64,000 bases of DNA from Eledone cirrhosa (Eukaryota). Position numbers and translations under genes: made by a program. Shown here piece after piece: positions 37,548-51,302 of the stretch. The notes under the pieces were generated by a model, which saw nothing but the letters and a program-made list of their open reading frames with translations, ran no database searches and was not told the origin of the DNA. Within the stretch, counting starts at the first letter, position 1, and every line of letters begins with the position of its first letter. The stretch spans positions 72,850,001 through 72,914,000 of the forward strand of contig OZ024742.1 of the NCBI GenBank assembly GCA_964016885.1, given 5' to 3'.

Positions 37548-40500
37548 AGACACTAACTTGCTTATAAGAATCAGCGTCTGTCCAGACATCACTTTTCACT
37601 GAAAATTCTTCTAGAATATTCTTCAGCATCTGTAAGAAAATATGCAACAAGAAAAAAAATGCTTATATATAAATATAAACAAATACAAACATTACAATAA
37701 TAAAACATGTATTTTGTCAAGTATATTCTACCATAACTTTAAGTTAACTAATGGCTCTGTGAAGTAAATTTAGTAGATGGAAACTGTGCAGGAGCAGCCT
37801 CGGGGTTTCCAGTACACACTGTAAAGTGGTTAACATAGAAACCATGTCAAAAACAGAGCATACAAGCAGGATGTGGTCACCTAACCAGTCAAGCCTCAGT
37901 ATGTGCCAACCTGTCTGACCCATGCAAGCATAGAAAATAGATATTAAACAGTGATGATGATGATGGTATATTATATATATATAACATTTATGTTAGATGG
38001 TTTAACTAATGGGTAAATCTAGTCATTCTGGTTATCAAACTCTGATGCAATAAGCAAAAGCACTCGAAGTTATGCATGTCATCCACTGCCAACAATACGG
38101 AGAAAAGGAAGATAGTCAAATACCTGGGTCTGACCGACCACTTCCTCTTTCCATCAGTCTTCATAAATTTGGAAATACAGCAGCCTGCTTGAAGAGGGAG
38201 CTCAGTGAGGTGGGGTTGCTGTTGCAGCAGGTGTCTCTGGCCATTCTCCACAGTTAAGCCTTTGCCATTTTGTCTGTGAGGTGCAGCTGGGATACCGCTC
38301 AGACAGGGCTGTTCTGTCTATCATGCCCCCTCTCTATTTCTTTCGTTGTTTGATCCATTTTTTCTTTTTCATTTTTCGTTTCCTTTTTTTGCTTCCTTTT
38401 CTGTTCCCTTTAATAGTGTGTTTTGTTTTTATTAGAAACTGCTCAATCATTTTTATATAATGTCAATGGATTTTCATGACAATGTGAGATTTTCTATATT
38501 GAATATATTTGTTTAAGTTAGTTTTAGTCTGTTCAATTGATCTGCAAGCAATAGTAACCAAATCTCCTTCAAATCACAACCTGCCATCTTAAAAAAGAGG
38601 AAGTGAACTAAAGAATGGGTAGACATAGCTCAAATATCTTATGCCATGTCTTATATACAAGTACATTTAGCAAGGTTCAAGAAATCCAGGGAATGAAATT
38701 GTTAAATAAAATTATGATTTTACTTTTCTTTGTTGATTTTTCATTTAATATTTTAGATTGTAATACTGGGTGTACTATTATCCAGGATTTAAAGAAACAT
38801 TATCTCAAGATGGGACATACCATTGCCCTCTGTCTTTTTGAAATTAGAGTGAAATGATTTTTAAAAATGTTATTTCAATCTTGGAAATAGTGTTATCTAC
38901 TGTTTCTTTGGAAAAAGAAAGTTGAGTGAAATAATTTAAAGAAATGTTATTTTAATACTGGACATAACATTAACTACCATTCCTTTGAACATGGAGTGAA
39001 ACAATTAAAAAAAAACGTTATTCCAATACATCCAGAGGCATGCTTTAACTGAAGCTACATGGTACCTCACTCTTAGTGGTCTAAGAGCACATCGGACACA
39101 TAAACCTTCACTACTTGTCTCTGCCTGTGTAGAGATGAAGGCTAAGGAAGTCAACTCCGACAGTAAATCAATTTGAAAGGGAACTCGGGGCCCACAAACC
39201 CTAGTCATTCCAAACAGAATATTTAAAGTTACTGCAATACTCCAGCACAAATAGCCTTCCCCAATTTGTCCATAAATATTTACAATCTTTTCTTTTGAAT
39301 GATTCGGCCCATGTACAAAATTCATTATTTAAATATTAACATTTTCTTGAAGTAAAACTAGGTCCCTTCAATAGACTCCCCTTGATAATGGCTCATAAAT
39401 CCAAAAGTATTTGGGATCATAAAACATTTCTAAGGTAATTTCCTATAAATTTAACAAAAAAATATCAGTCAGAAAAAAGAATAAAAAGAGTTTTTTGTGT
39501 GGTCGTTAGGTCCGCTATTATTTGCAGCAGGATCTCATTCCAATCACACATTGTCTTTACAAAAAAAATAAAAAAATTGTGAAACATTAAAAAAAATAGG
39601 ATTGTGACAGCTTAAGTGTCATTAATCATAAGTCAGTCTGAATTAGGATTGACCTGGTTAAAACTACAGTTTTTGTAAGGGAGGATATATCAGTTCAAAG
39701 TAAGAATAACAATTTCAAAATCAGCACATTTTATTTCAAAGTGAGAATGAGCTCTTGTCACTGAGCTCTTGTCACTTAAACAAAATCTAAACATATTTGA
39801 TTTAATTAACCAAGAATACATAATGTACGAGGGGGGATCAAAAAGTTCGCGGAATTTTTCAGAAAATATTCTATTTTTCAAAAAATATGATTTACCTTCA
39901 ATTTATTTTTCTACATAGTTGCCATCCAGGTCAATACACTTCACAAAGCGATGCTTCCAACTCCGTCAGCCGTCTCTAAAGAAAGTTGAAGGCCTTGTTC
40001 GAAGCCATGTGTTGGCAGTGTTTTTAGCTTCTTCAACACCACTAAAACAGGTTCCTTTTAGCATTTCTTTGAGTTTTGGAAAGAGGAAAAAGTCTGATGG
40101 GGCTAAATCTGGACTATAAGGCGGGTGAGGAAGCACTTCCCATCGAAACTTCTCGAAGAACTTCTTTTGCAACCCGCGCAGAATGCACTGGTGCATTGTC
40201 ATGGTCAAACAAGATCCCACCATGAAGTTTCCCTTTTCGTTTCTTGACTAATGCCTCTTTCAGTTTCCTTAAAACATTTGCATAGTAAGCTCTTGTCACA
40301 GTTCTTTGACCTTCAAGATAATCTATTAGTATCACCCCATCTGAATCCCAGAAAATGGTGGCCATCACTTTTTTATCCGACTTTTGAGATTTGAACTTGA
40401 TTGGCCCCGATGATCCACGTGGAAGCCACTGTTTTGACTGCTGTTTGGATTCAGGATCATACTGGTAGATCCAGGTTTCATCTCCGGTGATGATTCTGGT

Positions 40501-43500
40501 CAGGAAATGCTCTTCATCAACTTCAATTTTGTTTAATATCGCCAAAGACAGATCACTTCGAAGAATCAGCTGATCAGGGCGCAACGCTTTTGGGACCCAT
40601 CGCACTGAAAGCTTGCTTAGTCCCAAATTATCGTGCAGAATTGAATTTGCCGAACCATATGAAATGTCTAGGGACTTAGCTAACTGATTAACTGTTATTC
40701 TTCGATCTTCTTCAATTAAAGTCTGAGCAGCCTCAACGTTTGGTCATTTTTTGATGTTCCTAGTCTTCCACTGCGATGGTTGTCTTCAAGGTCGTCTCTC
40801 CCTTGTTTGAATCGATGAATCCACTTGTAGACAGCAGTTTTCTTTGGAGCAGTAGTACCGTAAACTTTAACTAAAGCCTCCATAATCTGTGTCCCTTTCC
40901 ATTTGAGTTTCACCAGAAACTTGATATTCGATCTTATCTCAAAATAACTATTTTCTATTGTTCCAAAAAGAGTTTTTTTTAAAGAGTGTCAGTACTGTAC
41001 AATAGTCTGCGTATGATTGACTGCAAGTGACTAATAGCAAGGTAAACACCCAATGACAATGTTGTGACATGTTTAATATTGTTTTAACCTATTTTTTTCT
41101 TACTACGATAAAATTCCGCGAACTTTTTGATCCCCCCTCGTATATTCTCATAAAGAAAATATTGCAGTGAAGATTTTATTAGCTGAAGAATATATTACAA
41201 AAATAAAACAAAAAACCTGTTCTTCTTAAATCATTATTGCAATTGCTGATTGTCTTACAGAGTGGGCAGCTTCTAAAATATTTGTATGAATGGACGTTTT
41301 TTTTATGTAGAGCAGCATCTAATTGTTTAAGAGGTAAACTACCTATTCTTTAATCCTTTAGCATTTAAACCAGCTATATCTGGCCACAGTTCTCTCACCT
41401 CTTTCTGATCAAACTGGCCCTAACTGGCCACTCATACCAATGATAAGGTAAGGTATTGTTCACAAAATAAATAATATCAAAATCTCATAGGTTGGATATC
41501 ATGTAAGATAAAGCCTTTACTATGAAAATATAATAGTAAATATAGAGCAATCATCATCATCATCATCATCATGTTACGTCCGCTTTTCCCTGCTTGCAAG
41601 GGTGGGACGGGTCTTATTCAGCACAGCATCTCTCCACTCGTCACGGTCCCTCGTCATCTCCACCGTGAGCTTCAATGATCTGAGGTCTGTTCTCACCACC
41701 TCCGCCCATGCTTTTCGTGGTCTACCTCTACCACGTCTTCCTTCAACTGGCAATTCCTGGCACTTCTTCACCCATCGGTCATCCTCCATGCGCATCACAT
41801 GTCCATACCACCTCAGTCTCCTCTCCCGTACACTACATTCTATCCCTCTCAGACACAGTTTCTCTCTCAACACATTTATGCTGGGTCGTTCACGCACATT
41901 TACACTGCACATCCAACGGAGCATGCTTGCGTCATTTCTCTCCAGTCGTTGCATATCCTCTGCAGTTGCTGCCCATGTCTCACTACCATGCAGCATCGCG
42001 CTCCTCACACAGGCATCATACAACTGGCCTTTCGTACGCAGGGAGAAACCCTTCTTCGTCAACAGAGGAAGCAGCTCCCTAAATTTCTTCCAACCCGTCC
42101 TTATTCTAGATACTATGGCCTCGGAACACCCTCCTCCCATGCTAATCTGATCTCCTAGGTACCGGAAGCTATCCACCACTTCTATAGCGCCCTCTTGCAT
42201 TTGAAAGATGTGTCTATCAGTGCGACTTCTACTGTCTAATTTCCCTGTACATCTACTGCATACATATTTCTCCCTACCTGTTAGTTTGCCTGCTATCCCG
42301 TTACATCTCTTGTGTACCCAGGATCTGCATTGTGTGCATTTTATAGAATTTATGCCAGTTCCTTTTCTGCATATCGAACATGGCCATTTCCCTGACGGAA
42401 TCAGGGTTTTGTCCTCTTTTCTACTCATAATCACTTTTGTCTTAGCTAGATTCACTCTCAGTCCTTTTGCTTCCAACTGCTGTTTCCATAGCCAGAATTT
42501 ATTCTCTAGCTCCTCTACTGATTCTGCTATAAGAACCAGATTGTCAGCATAGAGAAGTTCCCATGGACAGCCAGTCTTAAACTCCTCTGTTATGGCTTGG
42601 AGGACTATAATGAACAAGAGCGGGCTGAGGACCGAACCCTGATGTACTCCTACTTGTATCTGGAATTCCTCACTAAACTCCATTCCTACCCTGACTTTAC
42701 TAAGAGTACCTCTGTACAAAGTTTGCACTGTCCTCACAAGCCATTCCTCAACACCTAGCTTCCTTATGGACCACCAGATGACAGATCGGGGTACCCTATC
42801 AAAGGCCTTCTCTAGGTCAACAAAGGCTAAGTATAGTGGCTTATTCTTCTCTAAGAACCTCTCTTGCAATTGTCTCACCAAGAAGAGGGCATCTGTTGTA
42901 CTCTTCCCAGGCACAAAACCAAACTGCATCTCATCTAGTTTGACCCTTTCTCTAATTAGTTGTGCTAAAATCCTTTCTGCCACTTTCATAACCTGATCTA
43001 TCAGTTTTATACCCCTATAATTGCTCCTCTCCAAAGTATCCCCTTTACCTTTGTAGCAATTTATGAGAATACTGCTGCACCAGTCTTTGGGTATGACACC
43101 ACCATATATAGCCTGATTGATGATGCGTGCAACCAGTTTAGTGCCTACGTCCCCTGATGCCTTCAGCATCTCAGCAACTATTCCCGATGGTCCGGCAGCC
43201 TTACCATTTTTCATTTCCCTAATCGCCTCTTGGACCCTATATTCGTCAATCTCAATATCTGGTCCCTCTGTAAATGCTAAATGCTTAAACCATTTCCTTT
43301 AACTGTTTTACTTCATCTAACCCATACTAGCGTGGAAGAATGGACGTGTGATGATGATGATGTTTTTTTGTTTTTTTTGGTATTACCTAGACAAGAGGTG
43401 GGGGAACTTTTCATGTTGAAAGGCTGCATTAAGTTACTTGTAATATAATAAGGCTGCATTAAGTTACTTATAATGTAATAAAGCAGTATTCAAGAAACCA

Positions 43501-44407
43501 TAATTATATATCCTTAAAATCTACAGTATTGTGCTCGTCTTATGGTTTAAATTAAAACAATAAGAGATAGACAAAAAACATACCAATAAAAATTAAAAAT
43601 TTGTTGGAAATTTTAATTCTTTCAAAAGGCCATACAGGATGGCAGAGAAGGCCGCAGGTTCCCCCATCGCTGACATAGACAAACAGCATCAATTGAACAC
43701 TGAAGTCTAAAGTTGCTCGCAGTCAGCTCAGATTGCTAGGTCATGGTGTACTTACACTTGAAAAAACTGGAAGATAATACAACCACATGATGATTAACCA
43801 AGCAAGTTCACATTATTGACATAACAAACGATATTACAATGATGCTCCCAATTCGTTTTTAAAAATATCATAGTCAAATACTTTTGTGTTAATCTCATTT
43901 TGAAGCTGTTAATCTTACTTTTAAGTCATACAGGCCCATTTTGAAATCCTTAATCTCATTTTGAATTAACAATATATATAGAAACCATGCGAAATTTGGG
44001 ACGTATGCACAAGATGGATTGATCCAATATGTCTGCTCTCGAACCATGACAACCTGTCCAGCCTATCTAAAAAGTCTAAAGTTTTGGTCGTTGCTTATCC
44101 CGGTTTCATGGCATGAAGTGACTGAGAGTGCAAGACTCCCCCCTGCACAGGATGCCAGTCCATCGCAGGGTTAAACCTCCAGCTATTGCTGGTACTCATT
44201 TTCAGCTGAGTAAACTGGAGCAACGTGAAATAAAGTGTCTTGCTCAAGGAAACAACACATCACCCAGTCCGAGAATTGAACTCACAACCTTTCAATTGCA
44301 AGCCTAATGCTCTAACCACTTAGCCATGCGCCTTCACTGTCCAGCCTATGCCAGCATGGAAAATAGACATAAAATGATAATGATGATGATGATGATGATG
44401 ATACACA

Positions 44408-44452
<45 letters not shown>

Positions 44453-47400
44453 ATTTCCTTCAATGTGGAATAAGTATTCTTGGGCTTTTAATCTAAATAG
44501 ATTCACTTGTTTAAGTGACCTAATTAGTAGTGGAGGAAGTTGCTCTGAGAGCATAGTAGCTAGAATAAGAATGGGATGGAAACATTCAGAGAGATTTCCT
44601 CTGTTGTCAACAAAAGGCCAGCTGTATAATATCTGCAAGCAATGTGCAATATTGCATGGTAGAGAGACATAAGCAGCGAATGCAGAGGATATGCAAAGGC
44701 TGGAGAGAAATGGAGTGGACTTGCTTCTATGCTAATGTGTGTAAACAACAAAGCGTGGATGAACTGAGAGGAAAACTGGGTATAAGAAGAATCAAATGTA
44801 GTGTGCAAGAGAGAAGACTGCGATGGTATGGACATGTGATGTATATGGGTGAAGAAGTACTAAGGAAACCCAGTGGAAGGAAGTTGCAGTAGGGGAAAAT
44901 GTGGACAGAGGTGGCGAGAGTTTATCTCAAGTCTCTGAAGCTGACAGAGTTGGAAGAAATGCAATGAGAAGAGGGATGGTGTGCTGTGCTGCACAAAACC
45001 TGTTCAACCCACACAAGCAAGGAAAAGGGAACATAAAATTATTACACACACACACAAATATATATATCTTTTGCCTGCCTTCTGTGACCACTATACCATG
45101 TGATAATTTCTCCCTCCTGAGAATTATTCACTTGTAATGGTCAGGTTAGGAAGTAGACCACTAACTTGAGGGGTCTCTTGAAAAGCCGACAGCCTCACAG
45201 CATTGGTGCACTTTTCTGGTGCATGATTGCTGCAGACCAGTCGGCAAAACTGCAGTCAGGGCCTTGAAGAAAAAATAGGTATATTTTTGTCTATCCTTTC
45301 CTCACATTTATAATTTGGAATAATATATAGGGTGCTCTGAAAGTACAGTAGCCAGAGTCAGAACGGGATGGAAAAAGTTCAGAGAGCTTATAGCGCTGTT
45401 GGCCACAAAAGGTTTCTCTCTAAAAATGAAAGGCAGATTGTATGATGCTTGTATATGAACAGCAATGTTACATAGCAGTGAGACATGGGCATTGTGTGCA
45501 GAGGACCTGCGCAGACTGGAAAGGAACGAAGCATACATGCTCCGTTGGATGTGTAATAGTAATATGCGCGAACGGCAAAACATAAATGAACTAAGTGAGA
45601 AATTAGGAATAAGAGGGATCATATGCTGTTTACTTGAGAGAAGACTACATTGGTATGGCCACGTGATGCGCATGAAAGACAACAGCTGCATAAAAAAGTG
45701 CAGGGTGATCAAAATTGATAGAAGTTACAGAGTAGGTAGACCCAGAAAAACCTGGGACGATTTGATAAATTCTGACCTTGTACCTCTCTAAGACAATGTC
45801 ACTGGACCGAGATCTTTGGCGCTATGCAGTAATACAGAAGACCCGCCTTGCCTATGTACAAAGCGAAACCTACAGTCAGTAGGCACCACTTAACCAAATA
45901 CACACCCCAATCAACTACTCCTACTCCATCCTCCCACTCCCACCAACACCACCCTTTCTCTGTAAAGTTATGTTGGTACCACAACATCCAGTCCAAACTA
46001 ATGAGGTCGTGTAGGTGTCACGGCAAAAAAAATACAGTCCACGGTGTAATGTGGCCATGTAGGTAACACGGTAAAAATCTCCCAGTCCACACTGTAAATG
46101 TGTTTGGTGTTAGGAAGGGCATCCAGCCGTAGAAAACCTGCCAGATAGTCCTATACGAGTGAGACACGGTCACCCGACCCATCTTGCCTCAAGTTGGACA
46201 ATTCCGATCTAACCCATGCTAGCATGGAAGATAGACGTTAAACGATGATGATGATGATATATATATATACAGGATGCGGACGATATTTGTTCGCAAGATT
46301 ACTGTCGAGGAAAAAATAACACAGTAGTTTTATTTTTTAAGATATATTTATCAAACTTGGGTCAGTTTGTCTTCATGACTTGTTCTTTCGATCTCACTCG
46401 ATAAACCTGCCATTGGCTTTGATGACGGCCTCAAGGCGGCCTCGGAACCGGCTACAGGCCTTCGTCACTGTCCCCCGACTTAGGCCCCTAAAGGCACTTG
46501 TGATCCTGGCCTTCAGATCGTCTTTCGTATTGCAGCTAGATCTGTTGGTGTCTCGTTCCACTGTGCCCCACACAAAGAAGTCGAGGAGGTTGCAGTCAGA
46601 CAAGCTGGGAGGCCAGATGTCAGGTGAAGTGTGGTCGACGAAGTTCTCTGACAGCCAGGCTTGGGTTTTTTGGCTGGTATGGCAGGGCGCTGAGTCTTGC
46701 TGCCACACGTACGGCCTACCTGCAGCTTCCTGGTCAATCCAGGGCTTTACTACCTCACTCAGAACGCGGATGTAGCCATCGGTGTTCAGCTTGAGGCCCT
46801 CAGGGAAGAAGTGAGGTTGTATGACGTCACCTTGACTGCTGACGACACCTAAGACCAATGTTGTCACTGGAAACTTTGTCTGCATGACTCTGGGCACGTC
46901 TTTGGATGAGACAGCGAGCCACCTGTTGTTCTGGGAGTTGATCTTCTGGTCTTGGCAGAAATTTTTCTCGTCGGAGAAAAACCACACCAGTGGGTGTTTC
47001 AACTTGTTGATCAGCTTCTTTGCGTGCTTCAGTCGCTTTTCTTACATCGCCTTTGACAGAAATTGTCCTTTCCTCATCTTGTATGAAACGTAGCGAATGT
47101 CTTCATGTACCACCAGCCTAATGAGCTTTTCATCCACGCTTTTCTCCCTTGCAATGGCACGCATCAACTTGCTAGGTTCATTGTTGAGGATATCCTGAAC
47201 TTCAGCAACGAACTCGGGCGTTCTGAAGGCGTCAGATCGCCAATCATGTGTTTTCCTCTCTGATGTTGCTTCGTAGTCGAATTCTGAATCTTCCAATTCC
47301 TTTCTGACCTTTTCCACCATTCTCCTGCTGACACTGAGAAAGTCTGAAATTTCCTTATTTGTCCTCTCGGTGCGGATTCCAAGAAGAACTCCGTGTCTCT

Positions 47401-49124
47401 TCCACAAATTTGGAGGTTCAAAATTATTCATAATCAATTATTCTGAAAATAAATAATGGAAATATAGTCACTGTTTTTATGAAGACAAGAGTGACAATGG
47501 AAGTAAAAAATATTTGCATAAAATTAGCAGTTGAAAAAAATTGCGAACAAATATCATCCACACCCTGTACATATGGAACAGTAATTTGAATTCTTGGCAA
47601 AGTAGGTCAGTATGACCACATGCTGACCTTGTAGCCCATAGATATTCAGTTTTTCTTTGTCTCAAACTTATGCGAGTTAGTCTGGAGAAATGGTTAACCA
47701 GAGAATTTTTTTGAGATAAGACTTTGAGGGCACAAAAGGTGCTCCCAGTCAATAAGACAGTTGCAGAGTTCATACCGACCAGCTAAGATGTAGTGGTCAA
47801 CTGTCTCACCCAGACTCCTTTGGGTCTCTCTCTCTCTTCCTTGGTATCTCTCACTGCCAAGCCAATGAAATTCATCGCATTAACAGAAGTTTGGTAAATA
47901 CATTTTTAATAATACTTTTGCAAGCAAACTTGCATATACATCATACCTAATACACAACATCACACAATTCAACTGTGGTTATTTATTTGTTCTTCATGTA
48001 TTGTCATATAACTTCGACAAAAGTAATATCTAATAAATTAGTATCATAGTGGCTTTGTGTTATTGTGGTTGATACATTTTATTTCCTGTGTGATCAGGGT
48101 AAATCACTCACCCAAGGATTCATTATCATCATCATAATGAACACTTACTTGCACACCCACATTCTCTGTCATACTGTATCAGTGACCACACAACTAAGCA
48201 ATCCAAGTGAGTACACACAACAACTGAATCAACACCACAACACACCACCATCTCATCTCAGCATCTAACATCTCTAAATAGGAGCCACTACACACATATA
48301 TATAAGGGAGTGTTTTATGTACATACATAGAAAGGTCAAATATTAATTAAATTAACACTCTATACATAGAAGCAGAGAATAAGTTTTATTTTTCAAAGCA
48401 GAAGATGACAGTAACTTTGAAGTTTTGGTATGACACCTCTTCAGATAGTGAGTTTGAATTTTCTTTCATCTATTTTTATGAGGAGTCAGATGTACTGTGC
48501 TAAAGACAAGACTGTGTTTGTACAGATATGTGATGTATATAAAGGATGCTAGTTGTATTAAGAAGTGCAAGCTCTTGAGGAAATGGAACTTGTGGAAGAA
48601 GGAAACCAAGGAAGACGTGGGACAAAGGGGTTTAGGACTGACCTAACTGCTGGCCATCATCATCATCATCATCTCTTTCCATCCAACTGAAACATTAACA
48701 TTTTCACCCATCATTCGTGTCCATGTACAATACCATTCCCTCCCACTGCCGATCATTTTCATAATGTTCTTCTTCCATGAGAATTAGCTGTAATCCATAT
48801 CTCTCTCTACCACACCACTATCACGCTTGCAAATTTGTGCACCCGAGTATATATATATATATGTGTATAACCAAAGATTAATATGGTTCGTTGATTATTC
48901 AACGAATACAATTTTACAATAGATTAGAAGCACTCGACAGAAATTTTCATGGAGTATTTAATATTATTCAAAATATGAATAAATGAAAAATATTCTCATA
49001 ATATATTTTGTCTTATATTTTGTCTGATGAAAACGTACTTAAACACCATTGTACCTTTGAAATATGTATAATAAAATATATATTTTGATTATGAGAATAT
49101 TTTTCATTTATTAATATTTTGAAT

Positions 49125-49172
<48 letters not shown>

Positions 49173-51231
49173 GCCACCGGAAATAACATCTGTGAAATAT
49201 ACAGCGCCATCTACCTGTTAGCTAGCTACCTTAACGTGAAACAAAAGAACCCTTAAAACCTACCAGAATAAACGCCTACACAGCGGCTAAACATCAAACG
49301 ATTATATCTGTATAAATAGAGTGGTTCCAAACACTTCAGCAGTCGACATTTGGCAGAGTCAGCTAGCGCATCGTATTCCTTTATTCTGCCACGCTTTGTC
49401 ACTCACACACGCCTTGTACCTCGTATCGTCGCTTCATGTGAAAATAAATAGCTGATCGAATTTACATCTCGCCTTGCTTCGTCCTTTCAACTTGTGCTTT
49501 CGTCTGTCCATCTTCAACAGTTCTTTTAAGGGCTATATGCGACAACAGTCCTTTTAAGGGCTATCTTCAGATCTGATCAGACCGTATGCGATAACAATCC
49601 TTCTAAGGGCTATTCTCGGATCTGATCAGAAGTAGTGACCAGACTGACTAACCATGTCGCTACATATATATATATATGCTTGTGTTTCTTTCCATCTTCG
49701 GTTAGCTTTTCCCTGTGTTGTTTACTTGTCTCACTCGCTTTACGCGTTTCAATTGTCCCAATAACTTATTTTAGTTATTGTCGCACCAACGTGAGGTATA
49801 TGATTTTTAATGCGATGAAATACCAATGATCGTTGGCAAATCACTGATGAGGGACTCATTTTATAACATGTAATCCATGTGCAACCATGCAGTATTCTTC
49901 TCCCCGTATTTTTCATATATTTATCTAAACTGCGATTCTATGTTTCTCTCTTTCTCTCTTACTGCTCCCTCGTTCTCTTTGTTTCTCTTACTTTCTTTCG
50001 TCCCCTCTGTCATGTCAGTTAACACTTTCTCTCTACTGACCTCTTCCTCGCTCTCTGTTTCTCCCCTTCTTACTTCCTCCCGTCCGCTACGAACCCGATT
50101 TTCCTTCTTTCTCACAACGGATTCACTAGCGGATTTATAACATGTAATCCATGTACAACCATGCAGTATTCTTCTCCCCATATTTTTCATATATATATAT
50201 ATATATATGCAGTGCCCGATTTAATTTGAGGCAAGTGGGGCAACTGACCTAGGGCCCCTGCAGTGAGAGGCTCCACCAGCGACGGCCGTAACAATTTATC
50301 TATTTATTTATTTTTTAATAAATTTTATTCATAGTTGTATAAATAACACTACAAATCGTTTGCAATTCTTTCAGAATGAAAATATAAACAGCATATAAAT
50401 ACATTTACAGTAGAATAACATATAACAAATATGCTTTAAATATATACATTACAAATGGTTAGACAACATTATAAATTGCTCGCGATTCTTTCAGAAAGAT
50501 ATATTCTTTTAATGTTACAATATTAAAGAAAATGTAAAGGAAAGGATGAACAACGGAGCCAACACCAGAGCAAAAGACAGCAACGTCGTGAGGAGTACTG
50601 GGCAACTTCTCTAATGATTTTTGAGGCAAGCCAGCACACTCGCAGCGTTGCCTCAGGTGATGGCGAGGCCGATGCGCTGAAACAGCCAAGCGCCCTCGCG
50701 AGATTCGCCAGTTACCTCTATTAGGCGAGCCGCCAGTGAAGAAAGGAACCTCGCAGTCAGCGGCCCGACTCCCCCAAACGTCTCGAAAGCCACAGGCTGA
50801 AAAATGCAGCTGGCCGACAGATCAGAGTATTTGAGGGTCTTACTCCACTCGGCTGCGGAAGCTGTGGATCTCGTCCTAACCGCAGCATCCAGGATGTGGG
50901 AAAGAGCAAAAGACTCACTAACAGTGACATCCCAGACAAGGCACCTGCCTCTCGACCAGGGTCACTGGGTAAGGCCGTCACTTCTGGACAACCCAGATGG
51001 TTCCAAGACTGATTTGTGCCTCTGCTGGGCTTTTTTATTTTAGGATGGTTAGATCTTAAAAATTTAATACCTGTATGTATAACTTTTCAATTCCAATTAC
51101 TTGCACCAAGCTACTTTGATATGTAAAATTGGGGGTTTGCTGAGTATACTAATTTTTTGTGTACCACCACCCAACACGAAGTGCTCTCCCATCCCAAGGT
51201 CTAAATCCAGCCCTGTATAAACACACACATG

Positions 51232-51302
<71 letters not shown>

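Noticed and set aside
38006-38450. Possible extra exon or LINE ORF1 start in intron 1
   Set aside because: No phase-compatible splice pair or recognisable motif found; exons 1 and 2 already join in frame
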